Shown here in pieces: positions 18,309-26,912 of a stretch of 64,000 nucleotides of DNA (positions are counted from its first letter, which is position 1; each line of letters begins with the position of its first letter). The notes below the pieces were generated by a model. It had not been told where the DNA came from and did not search any database. It saw only the letters and a list, made by a program, of their open reading frames with translations. Source of the stretch: Thermoproteota archaeon (GTDB lineage Archaea; Asgardarchaeota; Njordarchaeia; Njordarchaeales; Panguiarchaeaceae); the NCBI GenBank assembly GCA_024720975.1, contig JANJXX010000001.1, forward strand, positions 255,408 through 319,407, read 5' to 3'. Position numbers and translations under genes: made by a program.

Positions 18309-19769
18309 TTATTCATCAATATAATTCAAAATCTCACGCCTTATTACAAGACTATACATGTCTTGGAGCATTTCCTCCTCCCTAGCGACCTCCAGCATTT
18401 TGCTAGGTGAATCGATTATTTCGAAGGAAGTAAATGATGGTTCAATCTTAATGGTCTTCACGTATTCTTCAAGAAAGTCACTCAGCAAAACTGACTCGTC
18501 CACTAAAAAAACAATTCTTTGACCCTCAATCCATGGTCCAGCAATGGATCTGCCACGATATTTTCGAATAAATGACAATATGTTTTCAGTGCTAGCGCTT
18601 GTTGGAGGGCCACTAACTATTCTAGGAGTAGGCGTCGCATGAAATCTTGTCTCAATTAGAATTATCATTGAATTCTTCCCTTCGCTTATTCCCAGAAAAA
18701 TTGGGGAGAACTCACTGCGTTCTAGTACATTTTTAATCTTATGCATAATTCTAAGCGCCTGTCCCCAGTACACGTCTGGCGGTACGTTACTCCTCCTTAG
18801 AACTAACATACATAATTTTCTCCTGGAAATCTCGCTTATGATAGACTCATCTTTGGGTAAGTCCGGAGCTTTCGGGAAGAAGAACTTACTACTCGGTTTT
18901 GCTAGGAATAGTTTGGATAACAACTGAAATCGACATATGGTCTCCCTCCTTAGCGCATTCGTTACATTCCTATTCCTATCTACTGGATCTACGAGTATGA
19001 ATGAGTGGTTGAATTTCTTAAACGCATCCTCAGGAGACCAGGTGCGCGTTAAATCGATAAGTATTCTTTTCTTTCTTGACAATTCCTTTACAGCCTGTAG
19101 GAATGAGCCATAATATATTATCAGTAACTCACAGGCGTACCCAGAGAAGCCGCCAACTTTTATCTCTGCGCCGTATACTCCTATTCCTTTTAAAAACCCT
19201 TTGAGCAACCTAACCTCATTTCTTAGATCATCGTTAAGCATTGATCGCACATAACGTGTATGGTAGGGCGTTCTATCAACTGCGGATATTATTTTTTCTG
19301 GGTGGGATTCAAATGCCGGTACGATATCAACCTCATAGCCTTCAATCCATACGTGTAAATATGGATGCTCAGCGTACCTCATTTGGCTACGAAGATCGAG
19401 TTCTCTCATAACCTTCATTACAAGATCTTCAAGCATACCTTTATATTCATATTCACTAGTAGGCGGTGGCGGCAGTAGAATGAATATATCAAAATCCACG
19501 GATCCAGAGATCCAAGTACCTCTAGCAACAGATCCCTCGATTTCAACTGATGCTTGAATTTCGAGCTTTCTTAATGCTTCCTCAACCTTTAATTTAATTT
19601 TCTCGGCTAGCTCTCTTACTCGCTTATCCTCCTCATCTGATGGTACTATTCTATGAAGAACTTCAAGAAGTGTATTAACGAGGTCTTCTCTACCTTCTTC
19701 GCGTGCTATCCTTATTGATGGAAGCTCTAGGAATCTTTTTTGAGCTCCAGATGGTTCACCATGGAACAT
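18309..19769 (-). CDS. cca: CCA-adding enzyme (class I)
   Basis: EGSVARGTW..DFDIF, YAEHPY, SAVDRTPYH and GGFSGY. Exact start uncertain. Confidence 0.95.
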   Translation of the reverse strand: MFHGEPSGAQKRFLELPSIRIAREEGREDLVNTLLEVLHRIVPSDEEDKRVRELAEKIKLKVEEALRKLEIQASVEIEGSVARGTWISGSVDFDIFILLPPPPTSEYEYKGMLEDLVMKVMRELDLRSQMRYAEHPYLHVWIEGYEVDIVPAFESHPEKIISAVDRTPYHTRYVRSMLNDDLRNEVRLLKGFLKGIGVYGAEIKVGGFSGYACELLIIYYGSFLQAVKELSRKKRILIDLTRTWSPEDAFKKFNHSFILVDPVDRNRNVTNALRRETICRFQLLSKLFLAKPSSKFFFPKAPDLPKDESIISEISRRKLCMLVLRRSNVPPDVYWGQALRIMHKIKNVLERSEFSPIFLGISEGKNSMIILIETRFHATPTPRIVSGPPTSASTENILSFIRKYRGRSIAGPWIEGQRIVFLVDESVLLSDFLEEYVKTIKIEPSFTSFEIIDSPSKMLEVAREEEMLQDMYSLVIRREILNYIDE

Positions 19770-20298
19770 TCTTGAGCCCTGCTAGATATGCGATTGTGTT
19801 GGATAATGGATGTATGAGTAAAGTAAAGAGCAAACACACCATTAGTTCAAATGAACTTAGAAGCGGGTAAAAAGGATATGAAAACAGTAGTGCAAAAACA
19901 GCGAATCCCAATTGATCCATTAGAGGCAATGTTGATCCAGGCTTCAAATTCAACCGACGTTTAATAAAAGATCCTAAGAGATCCCCCGTGTGCGTTCCTA
20001 AACTCAGGAGAAATGCTAAAAGTAAAGCATCTGATACTAAAATTTCATCAAGACTAACCAGAGGGAATATTAGGGGCAGAACTAATCCCGTCAAAGTTCC
20101 CAGAGTTAGACCTCCAAAAAAACCACAAATTGTTTTATTATCCCCAAAAATGCGCTTACCATCAACGAATTTTTTGCCAAAGTCTAAAGGAGGACCTCCG
20201 CGAGTTATTACTGGCGTGGCATTCGCGATGTACGCTGGCAGAATATACACTAAAGCCCGAAGGAAGCTTAACAGAAGATCGCTCATTAGTTTTCTCAC
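19756..20298 (-). CDS. carS: CDP-archaeol synthase
   Basis: LPAYIANATP, DGKRIFGDNKT, GDLLGSFIKRR, PLMDQL and LKNVPW. Confidence 0.95.
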   Translation of the reverse strand: MRKLMSDLLLSFLRALVYILPAYIANATPVITRGGPPLDFGKKFVDGKRIFGDNKTICGFFGGLTLGTLTGLVLPLIFPLVSLDEILVSDALLLAFLLSLGTHTGDLLGSFIKRRLNLKPGSTLPLMDQLGFAVFALLFSYPFYPLLSSFELMVCLLFTLLIHPLSNTIAYLAGLKNVPW

Positions 20299-20675
20299 CT
20301 TATTATCCGCTTGAGCATTTTGTCGGCTTGAGTTTCCTTCTTTACCTCCTTAACAACAACCTTACCCTCACGTATTTGGTTTATTTTATGCGCCAACAAT
20401 TTAAGCAACTTATGCTTGCTTACCTTAGCGAGCTTCGGAATTTTTATTCTGCCTTTTCCCTCAATCCAGTTACTAGGATGCGATTTATTCCTTTCGACAA
20501 TAACGGGAATATTTAAAAGCTCACATGCTTTAATTAGCTCATTCAAAGTAGGGTTTTCCACAGCAAGACTAAGCGGAACCTTTCTGCCAAGTTTTCTTGA
20601 TAACCGATAGTCCACATGCTCGGGATAAATAATCCAATACTGATTGCGTTCAGTGATGTATTCACTCAAAGTCAT
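20295..20675 (-). CDS. srp19: Signal recognition particle 19 kDa protein
   Basis: IIYPEHVDYRLSRKLGRKVP..LAVENP, K.HP.NW...GRI. Confidence 0.92.
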   Translation of the reverse strand: MTLSEYITERNQYWIIYPEHVDYRLSRKLGRKVPLSLAVENPTLNELIKACELLNIPVIVERNKSHPSNWIEGKGRIKIPKLAKVSKHKLLKLLAHKINQIREGKVVVKEVKKETQADKMLKRIIR

Positions 20676-22522
20676 CCACCGCTTGGCTCTCTAATGAGCT
20701 CTTCAACAAGCCCCAATATGTAAGCATGAGCAACGATAAACTCATCATCAAATTCCTTAGCAAGTTCTGAGTATACTAAGCGATGAACATTAAGTCTATC
20801 TAGTATTCCGTAATAATCGGATGCTGTCTTGAGCTTTTTGATGAACATCAGAGCCTTTATTAATTTAGCTGCGGATCCAACAAAGTCAGAAGGCAAGTTG
20901 CATTCTGTTCTCACTTTTTCCCACAGTTCACGCTCTAGCTTAGGAGCACACAAAATAATCAATCTCTTTTTTTCTACTAGAACTCCGAGGAATTCGTGAC
21001 ACTCAAAACCTAAAGAACGTTTTAGCTTTGTAAGATCAAAAACCTCGAGAAATGCATATGGTTCTTTGTAAATTTTATACCTTAGGTTGCGACCACTCGC
21101 CTCCAGGTTATCAGTTTCAACAACACATAAGTAGTGCGCATATATTTCAGAAAGTAGGAACGGTATACCTTTTTGGAGGCAGTAAAGAAAAACATTGGAT
21201 GGCCTTAACGCTGAACCTTCAGTTATCTCTGAACTTATGCCAGATCGTGCAATCATGATCCTTAAGCGCCAGTAAGCCTCTTCAACGCTTTTTCCACTCC
21301 TTATTATCTTAAGTGCTTGGGCAATCTGGTTTCGCTCCTCCTGACTCAGATCTTTATGCCTAGAAAGGTACAGAAAAATGTTCTCAACGAATTTTATATC
21401 TGGCATAGGTTCACCGTTCTTGTCTTGCCTCATGCAGATGAGAACCCTTCCAATACCAGGCAGGAACGTTTGAGTAAGCACTTGGAGGTAGTTATTTCCC
21501 ACCTCAATTAAGCTACCTATTACGCTCTCCGGGAGCATCTTTATTGATGGGCAACGTGTGAAATTTTTAGAAGGTTCTTTTAAGAGGGTTCTTTCCACAA
21601 GCAGTACACCCCTCTGTTCCCTCAAGTTTTCAGCACTGACATAACCCAACGGTTTGTACCTTGGTTGCAGCTTGCTCAGAGTATCAGAAGATAAGTAATT
21701 CAAATAACCCTCGACACCTAGGAAATGCCTTATTGTCGAAGGCTTTAATTCCTGTTTACCGATTCTAGCCTGCATGCGCCTGACGAACTTAGCGCGGAAG
21801 TCTGATACATCTGTAGCCATGAAATCAAAGCCAAGATCTTTGTACAAAGCATCTAATACTGTACTATCAATCTCCTCCTCTGAAGCTACTTCTAGAAAAA
21901 CTTGCCCTTCCGCACTTATGTAGAGATCCGTAACTAGAGCGAGCTCGCCATCAGGTTCTAAACGTACATTTTGACCGATCATTCTCTTGAATCGAAGTAC
22001 TATTGTCGGATCTACTGCCGAGATATTAGAAAGTATGTTTAGAACTTTTAGTAATTTCTCTGCTTTAACCAGTAACTTCTGAAGATGCGATGAACGCTCA
22101 TCCTGGTATTTACTTTGGAGATTTTTTATTGTCTCCAGACTCCTCCTAAGATCATCTGAGAGCTTGATAATCGTGTCACGGTTGCTTTTAATGGTATTCC
22201 ACAAAACCTTAAGATTAAGCTGACCAGTGGAGATTGCTGAAAGGTAACTCCTAATCCTGGAAACATATTCCTCAACTGCATCGATGCTCTTAATGGCTTC
22301 GGGCTTACTTTCGCTGAGTCTATGCTCTGTTGCAGATTTTTTTGCGTATAATTCCCCCATTTTTTGAAGTAAAATTGCCATGTAATGCCTTAGTTTGCTT
22401 AGCGATTCTGCACTTAATTTCCTCTGAGCTTCTTCTACCAACTTTGTAACGTACTGCAATTCATCATTGATTTCCTGGAGATTTTTAGCAAGTAATAGAT
22501 ACAAATCAAAGTCTTCACTCAT
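20672..22522 (-). CDS. Hypothetical protein: N-terminal coiled coil plus putative repeated PRC-barrel-like units
   Basis: Long ORF with ATG at 22522 preceded by GGAGGG. MIGQNVRLEPDGELALVTDLYISAEGQV resembles a PRC barrel. Confidence 0.55.
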   Translation of the reverse strand: MSEDFDLYLLLAKNLQEINDELQYVTKLVEEAQRKLSAESLSKLRHYMAILLQKMGELYAKKSATEHRLSESKPEAIKSIDAVEEYVSRIRSYLSAISTGQLNLKVLWNTIKSNRDTIIKLSDDLRRSLETIKNLQSKYQDERSSHLQKLLVKAEKLLKVLNILSNISAVDPTIVLRFKRMIGQNVRLEPDGELALVTDLYISAEGQVFLEVASEEEIDSTVLDALYKDLGFDFMATDVSDFRAKFVRRMQARIGKQELKPSTIRHFLGVEGYLNYLSSDTLSKLQPRYKPLGYVSAENLREQRGVLLVERTLLKEPSKNFTRCPSIKMLPESVIGSLIEVGNNYLQVLTQTFLPGIGRVLICMRQDKNGEPMPDIKFVENIFLYLSRHKDLSQEERNQIAQALKIIRSGKSVEEAYWRLRIMIARSGISSEITEGSALRPSNVFLYCLQKGIPFLLSEIYAHYLCVVETDNLEASGRNLRYKIYKEPYAFLEVFDLTKLKRSLGFECHEFLGVLVEKKRLIILCAPKLERELWEKVRTECNLPSDFVGSAAKLIKALMFIKKLKTASDYYGILDRLNVHRLVYSELAKEFDDEFIVAHAYILGLVEELIREPSGG

Positions 22523-22711
22523 ACACAACTTCCCTCCAGGATTAAAGTGATGGAAAATGCTATCCCCTTTAGGAAATTTAATACTTAGAGACAAATTGCG
22601 TTAAAATCCATAGAAACATAAGCAATTCAGGCCTATTGAGAGTACTTTTCTAATAAAACTTTAAAAGTAATAGTTTGACACTACTATATTACTTTCTGTG
22701 GTGGTGCCGTT

Positions 22712-22978
22712 TTGCGGATGTGTCCACAGTGTGGAACCCCACTTGAGAGGAGAGAAAGAAAAGGTAATTATGTGTTATTCGTTTGTCCTATTTGTGGCTT
22801 TTCAGAGACAGCTAAAATTAAAAAACCCGTAACTGATGAGAAGCAGGGGATAAGAATCAAGATTGAACAAAAGGGAGAGGGAGTTATTGAAGAGAAAAAG
22901 AAACGCGTTGAAATAAGCGAGGAAGAAATTGAGAGTGTACTCGAGATTCTAGAAAGTTCAGAGAGTACCGGTGGGTAA
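22712..22978 (+). CDS. Zinc-ribbon protein, truncated TFS/RpoM paralogue
   Basis: CPQCGTPLER...CPIC is nearly identical to the N-terminus of the TFS at 54353-54691. No C-terminal ribbon. Confidence 0.7.
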   Translation: MRMCPQCGTPLERRERKGNYVLFVCPICGFSETAKIKKPVTDEKQGIRIKIEQKGEGVIEEKKKRVEISEEEIESVLEILESSESTGG

Positions 22979-24913
22979 GTGAGATATTCGGGATAGATAC
23001 TCAAAGATTCGTTTTTCCTCGTTTTCATTCGCAATTCTAAATCCCCAATATTCTAATTGAACACTTGCTCGTCCATGCGTAGCATTCCTCAAGGCCTCTG
23101 CAAATCCTAAGGAATCCAGAACTGAGATCCGTCCTGATATCTCACATAAATCGGTGCTAGTTACATTTTCTATCTTTGCATTACGTGATGACAATAAGCT
23201 AGTCACTTGACCTATGAACTCATGATCAGTGATTATGCTAAAAGAATAGTATGGTTGTGCTACATATGTTTGCAAACTAGAGAGGGCTTCATATACTTTT
23301 TGAATGATTTCGCTCTCCGGAATTTTCTCTTTAATTTTAACCGAAATTCGAGTTGCTACTATTGGCTCTCTTATCCTTGGGCCTGCTCTCAAGCTATTTA
23401 ATATTATCGATTCGAGCGCTGATTTTTTGTCAGGTGGCAAAACGCCAGTGATTTCAACACGATTCTCTAAATTTTTTATTGCGTCAACCGATGTCACATC
23501 TTCAATCGGTTCAATAATGATCTCAAGTGCATCTGTCGAAATCTTAACTTTCTCTTTGGGAATCTCTTTGAATGCTACTATAGGTTCTGTTGTAAATACA
23601 GGCACAGTCTCATTCAAGTTTTTGATAGCAAGTTCAAGGTGAAGTTCCCCCAAGCCATGCAGGATTATTTGTCCGGTCTCCTCTGATACTCTAAATGATA
23701 AGTTTGGATCTTCAATTACAAGCCTCTCGAGAGCCTCGAGGAGACGCTTTATTTCACCATAATTCTTTGGACTAATTGCCACCACAAGGACTGGATAAGC
23801 CGTATACATTGGTGCAACAAAATATCCATCAATAGGTTTTTCGGAGTACGTTTCACCAGGAAGTGCATTCATTACACCCCCAAAAATGTTACCTGCAGGA
23901 ACTTCAGCGATACTCTCTAACTTGTTTGCGTGAATTAAAAATACTGACTGCAAACGTCTTCTTTCTCCTTTACTAGAGTTTATATACTCACCTGGTTTGA
24001 CTGTCCCAGAGAAAACACGAGCTGTGATATAACTCAATCCTCTTTCTATAGAAACCTTACTCACATAGAATATAACCTCGCTATCTGGAGAGCATAATAA
24101 AGCATTTTCTGGAAGTTCTCCATTCCATAGATACTTAACTCTAATCTTTTGAGCATATACTGGGGGTGGACACTTATCTAAAATCACGTTAATGATTTTT
24201 TTGCCCAGTGGAAATTCGCCTTGGAGCTCCTGGATTTTTCCACTACGGTAATAATTAATTACGTCTTCGAATTTTAGGCCATACCTCCTGAAATCGCTAT
24301 ATACTAGTCCCCAACCATGCAAAGCAGATCCGAATATTATTGTGTCATCCTTTGGATTTATTTGCCAAGTACTAGCAAGTTCCGGGAATGCATATCTTTC
24401 TAATATCGAGTTAAACCTCTTAATTATCGAGGACAGCTTGGAATAGATTTGAGCGGGACTTGCCTTTATCTCATTGATGAGTCTATCTATCTTGTTAATA
24501 AATAGAATCGGGCGCACCACTTCACGAAGTGCTAGACGGAGGTATGACTCTGTCTGCGCCATAACTCCCTCGACTGCATCTACAACAAATATCGCTGAGT
24601 CTGCTAACCTTAAAGCTCTAGACACCTTTCCAGAGAAGTCTACGTGTCCAGGTGTATCCACCAGATGCACCAAATACTCCGAGGAGTTTCTAGTTATTCT
24701 GAGGCTCATTACTGTAGTCTTCATAGTTATACCGCGTCGCTGCTCTTCAAGCCAATAATCTAGAAATCTCGCCTTGCCTGCTAATGATTTCGCTATCACA
24801 CCTACCTCAGCAAGTATATAGTCAGCCATTGTTGTCTTTCCATGATCAATATGCCCAGCTATGGCAACGTTTCTAACCTGCTCACTTGGCGGAAACTTTT
24901 TCAATGCATCCAC
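22958..24913 (-). CDS. Elongation factor 2 paralogue (aEF-2p/EFL1-like GTPase)
   Basis: GHIDHGKTT, RGITM, DTPGHVDF, NKID, EDP and GLGELHLE. 651 aa with a shortened domain IV and no diphthamide loop. Confidence 0.88.
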   Translation of the reverse strand: MDALKKFPPSEQVRNVAIAGHIDHGKTTMADYILAEVGVIAKSLAGKARFLDYWLEEQRRGITMKTTVMSLRITRNSSEYLVHLVDTPGHVDFSGKVSRALRLADSAIFVVDAVEGVMAQTESYLRLALREVVRPILFINKIDRLINEIKASPAQIYSKLSSIIKRFNSILERYAFPELASTWQINPKDDTIIFGSALHGWGLVYSDFRRYGLKFEDVINYYRSGKIQELQGEFPLGKKIINVILDKCPPPVYAQKIRVKYLWNGELPENALLCSPDSEVIFYVSKVSIERGLSYITARVFSGTVKPGEYINSSKGERRRLQSVFLIHANKLESIAEVPAGNIFGGVMNALPGETYSEKPIDGYFVAPMYTAYPVLVVAISPKNYGEIKRLLEALERLVIEDPNLSFRVSEETGQIILHGLGELHLELAIKNLNETVPVFTTEPIVAFKEIPKEKVKISTDALEIIIEPIEDVTSVDAIKNLENRVEITGVLPPDKKSALESIILNSLRAGPRIREPIVATRISVKIKEKIPESEIIQKVYEALSSLQTYVAQPYYSFSIITDHEFIGQVTSLLSSRNAKIENVTSTDLCEISGRISVLDSLGFAEALRNATHGRASVQLEYWGFRIANENEEKRIFEYLSRISHLPTGTL

Positions 24914-24979
24914 CTTTGTTTTTCTATTATAAAGCCTTTTCAGTAGTTAAGTATTAACAGTATCTCGAAGGGGGAGCTA

Positions 24980-25297
24980 TTGGCTTCAAAACTACCACCT
25001 AAGAAACCCCTCGACTTCAAACAGCGGCTTGCTCTAGTCACTAAAAAAGTACGCGTTTTCACTGAAACAAGAAAGAAAACACACGTAGTAACGATAATAC
25101 AAGGACTTGACAGCAAAAGTACTAATCTCGAGGATATAACAAGCAAACTCAAAAAGCATTGCGCCACAGGAGGCACATATAAAAATGATTCCAGATATGG
25201 AGAGATAATCCTTCTCCAGGGCGACCAGGTAAACAAAGTAAAACAGTTCTTGACAAAGGAACTGGGAATTCCAGAGGAGAACATAGAGACCGTGTGA
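24980..25297 (+). CDS. sui1: Translation initiation factor SUI1 (aIF1)
   Basis: VTIIQGLD, LKKHCATGGT and ILLQGDQ. Confidence 0.92.
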   Translation: MASKLPPKKPLDFKQRLALVTKKVRVFTETRKKTHVVTIIQGLDSKSTNLEDITSKLKKHCATGGTYKNDSRYGEIILLQGDQVNKVKQFLTKELGIPEENIETV

Positions 25298-25343
25298 GAA
25301 AACTAAGTACGAAGGATATCACAAATAAAAATATTCCATTTAT

Positions 25344-26276
25344 TTACAACTTGCGGGTTAGTATTTCTATTTCTTCCTTTTTTACTAAGATTGTTTCTTC
25401 AGACTGAGCTACCGAACCACTTCTCTCCTTAAGAACGGGGTATTTTATTAAGAGTCCATTTTGATCCAGTATAGAGAGAGCTATTCTTACTGTGGTATTA
25501 TCAAAAACCTTATTCAAATGCCTAATACTCACGGGTAATGCCTTTCTGTTTTTAAACAACCAAAAGAAAACTTCGCGAACATCTCGCAAGTGTATGGGTA
25601 GTTTGAGTCTACCAGAGACCTCTGCAAAAACGCTGGGTAATGAATATATTCTAACGTCGTCCGAAGGATAAGCGAATCCTTCACCATTTGTAACAAATAC
25701 TTCTATGGCATAGATTTCTCCCTCTTTGAATGTCCCTTCGACGTTAATGCTAGGATCTATTGGTACCTCTTTGTCTGTGTGAAGCTTCCACCTCTCTATT
25801 TTGTGCCCATGCAAATTCGAGATCACTTTGAAACCCCTCGACTTTACGAAGTCATGCACTGCACTTGCAACATTAGCAATGGGTTCATTAGCTTTAATGT
25901 TCTTAAGAGCAACTTCCAGGGCTTCGTTAGCAGTTTCAATAAGGGCTTTTTTATCTGTATCCTCACCTAAGTAAAGCGAGAATGCTTTGTCAAGTATGTA
26001 TCCATCAACACACACTCCAAGATCTATTTTCACAATTTCATCTTCTGGTATTACCGTGTTCTCACCCATTAGCGGCGTGTAGTGCGCAGCGATATTTCCT
26101 ATAGCTATATTTACCGGAAAAGCCCACATGCCACCGAGCTCGATTATTTTTTGTTCTATCCCCTCTGCAATGTCGAGTATTTTACTGCCACTGGTGATAT
26201 TTTTCGAAATTGAATCAAGCACATCAAAAAGAATTCTTTGAGCTTTTTCCAGACATGATTTTTCATAGTCTTCCAT
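25344..26276 (-). CDS. map: Methionine aminopeptidase type II
   Basis: AFPVN...AAHYTP, KIDLG..VDGYILD, NLHGH, AIEVF and AQSEET. Confidence 0.94.
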   Translation of the reverse strand: MEDYEKSCLEKAQRILFDVLDSISKNITSGSKILDIAEGIEQKIIELGGMWAFPVNIAIGNIAAHYTPLMGENTVIPEDEIVKIDLGVCVDGYILDKAFSLYLGEDTDKKALIETANEALEVALKNIKANEPIANVASAVHDFVKSRGFKVISNLHGHKIERWKLHTDKEVPIDPSINVEGTFKEGEIYAIEVFVTNGEGFAYPSDDVRIYSLPSVFAEVSGRLKLPIHLRDVREVFFWLFKNRKALPVSIRHLNKVFDNTTVRIALSILDQNGLLIKYPVLKERSGSVAQSEETILVKKEEIEILTRKL

Positions 26277-26299
26277 ATTTTAAGTCCCCTTGGAAATGG

Positions 26300-26710
26300 C
26301 TATTCCGTCCGCCGGGCCCGAGTGATAATAGGCTTGCCACCCATAAACCAGACTTCAACCATTGTTCCCTCTTGAAGCTTCCCAAGGAGCTCGTCATCAG
26401 CCACTGGTGCTTCGAATTGCTCAAAGGTTTCCAGGTCCATAAGTTCAACATATCTTCCGCGAATACTCAGAACTTGGGCCTCTTTTCTCGCAACTATTGG
26501 TACTTCAATCTTATCTCCAGTAGACTTAATTATGGTGCGTTTTTGACCAGTAAAGACGCCTACAGCAACAATTCTCGCTTTCGCAGCTCCATGCTTACCC
26601 AGCTTCGATTTTGAGATTTCAACTATTTTGCAGGGCTCACCGTCGATCATAATGTACGTTCCAGTTTTTAGGGCACTAACTGGTTTGTAGGTTATCTCTT
26701 CTTCGGACAT
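26300..26710 (-). CDS. eif5a: Translation factor aIF5A
   Basis: Hypusination loop SKLGKHGAAKAR; LMDLETFE. Confidence 0.96.
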   Translation of the reverse strand: MSEEEITYKPVSALKTGTYIMIDGEPCKIVEISKSKLGKHGAAKARIVAVGVFTGQKRTIIKSTGDKIEVPIVARKEAQVLSIRGRYVELMDLETFEQFEAPVADDELLGKLQEGTMVEVWFMGGKPIITRARRTE

Positions 26711-26829
26711 AACTTGTCACCTTCATCCTAACGCAAACTTCAATATTAAAGCTTTGAATAAACCTAATATTAAATGTAGTGTTATTTTAAATCCTACCAC
26801 ATAGCATTTATTTAAACCATCTATTGGAC

Positions 26830-26890
26830 ACTCATATGATGACACGAACAGACTCTGACTAATGATGATGGAAGAGCCACTCTGAAAAAT
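26830..26890 (+). ncRNA. C/D-box guide sRNA
   Basis: C ATGATGA (26836-42), guide CACGAACAGACT, D' CTGA, C' ATGATGA, guide TGGAAGAGCCACT, D CTGA (26882-85). Confidence 0.88.
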
Positions 26891-26912
26891 TCTTTCAACG
26901 GGTGCGGGGATT

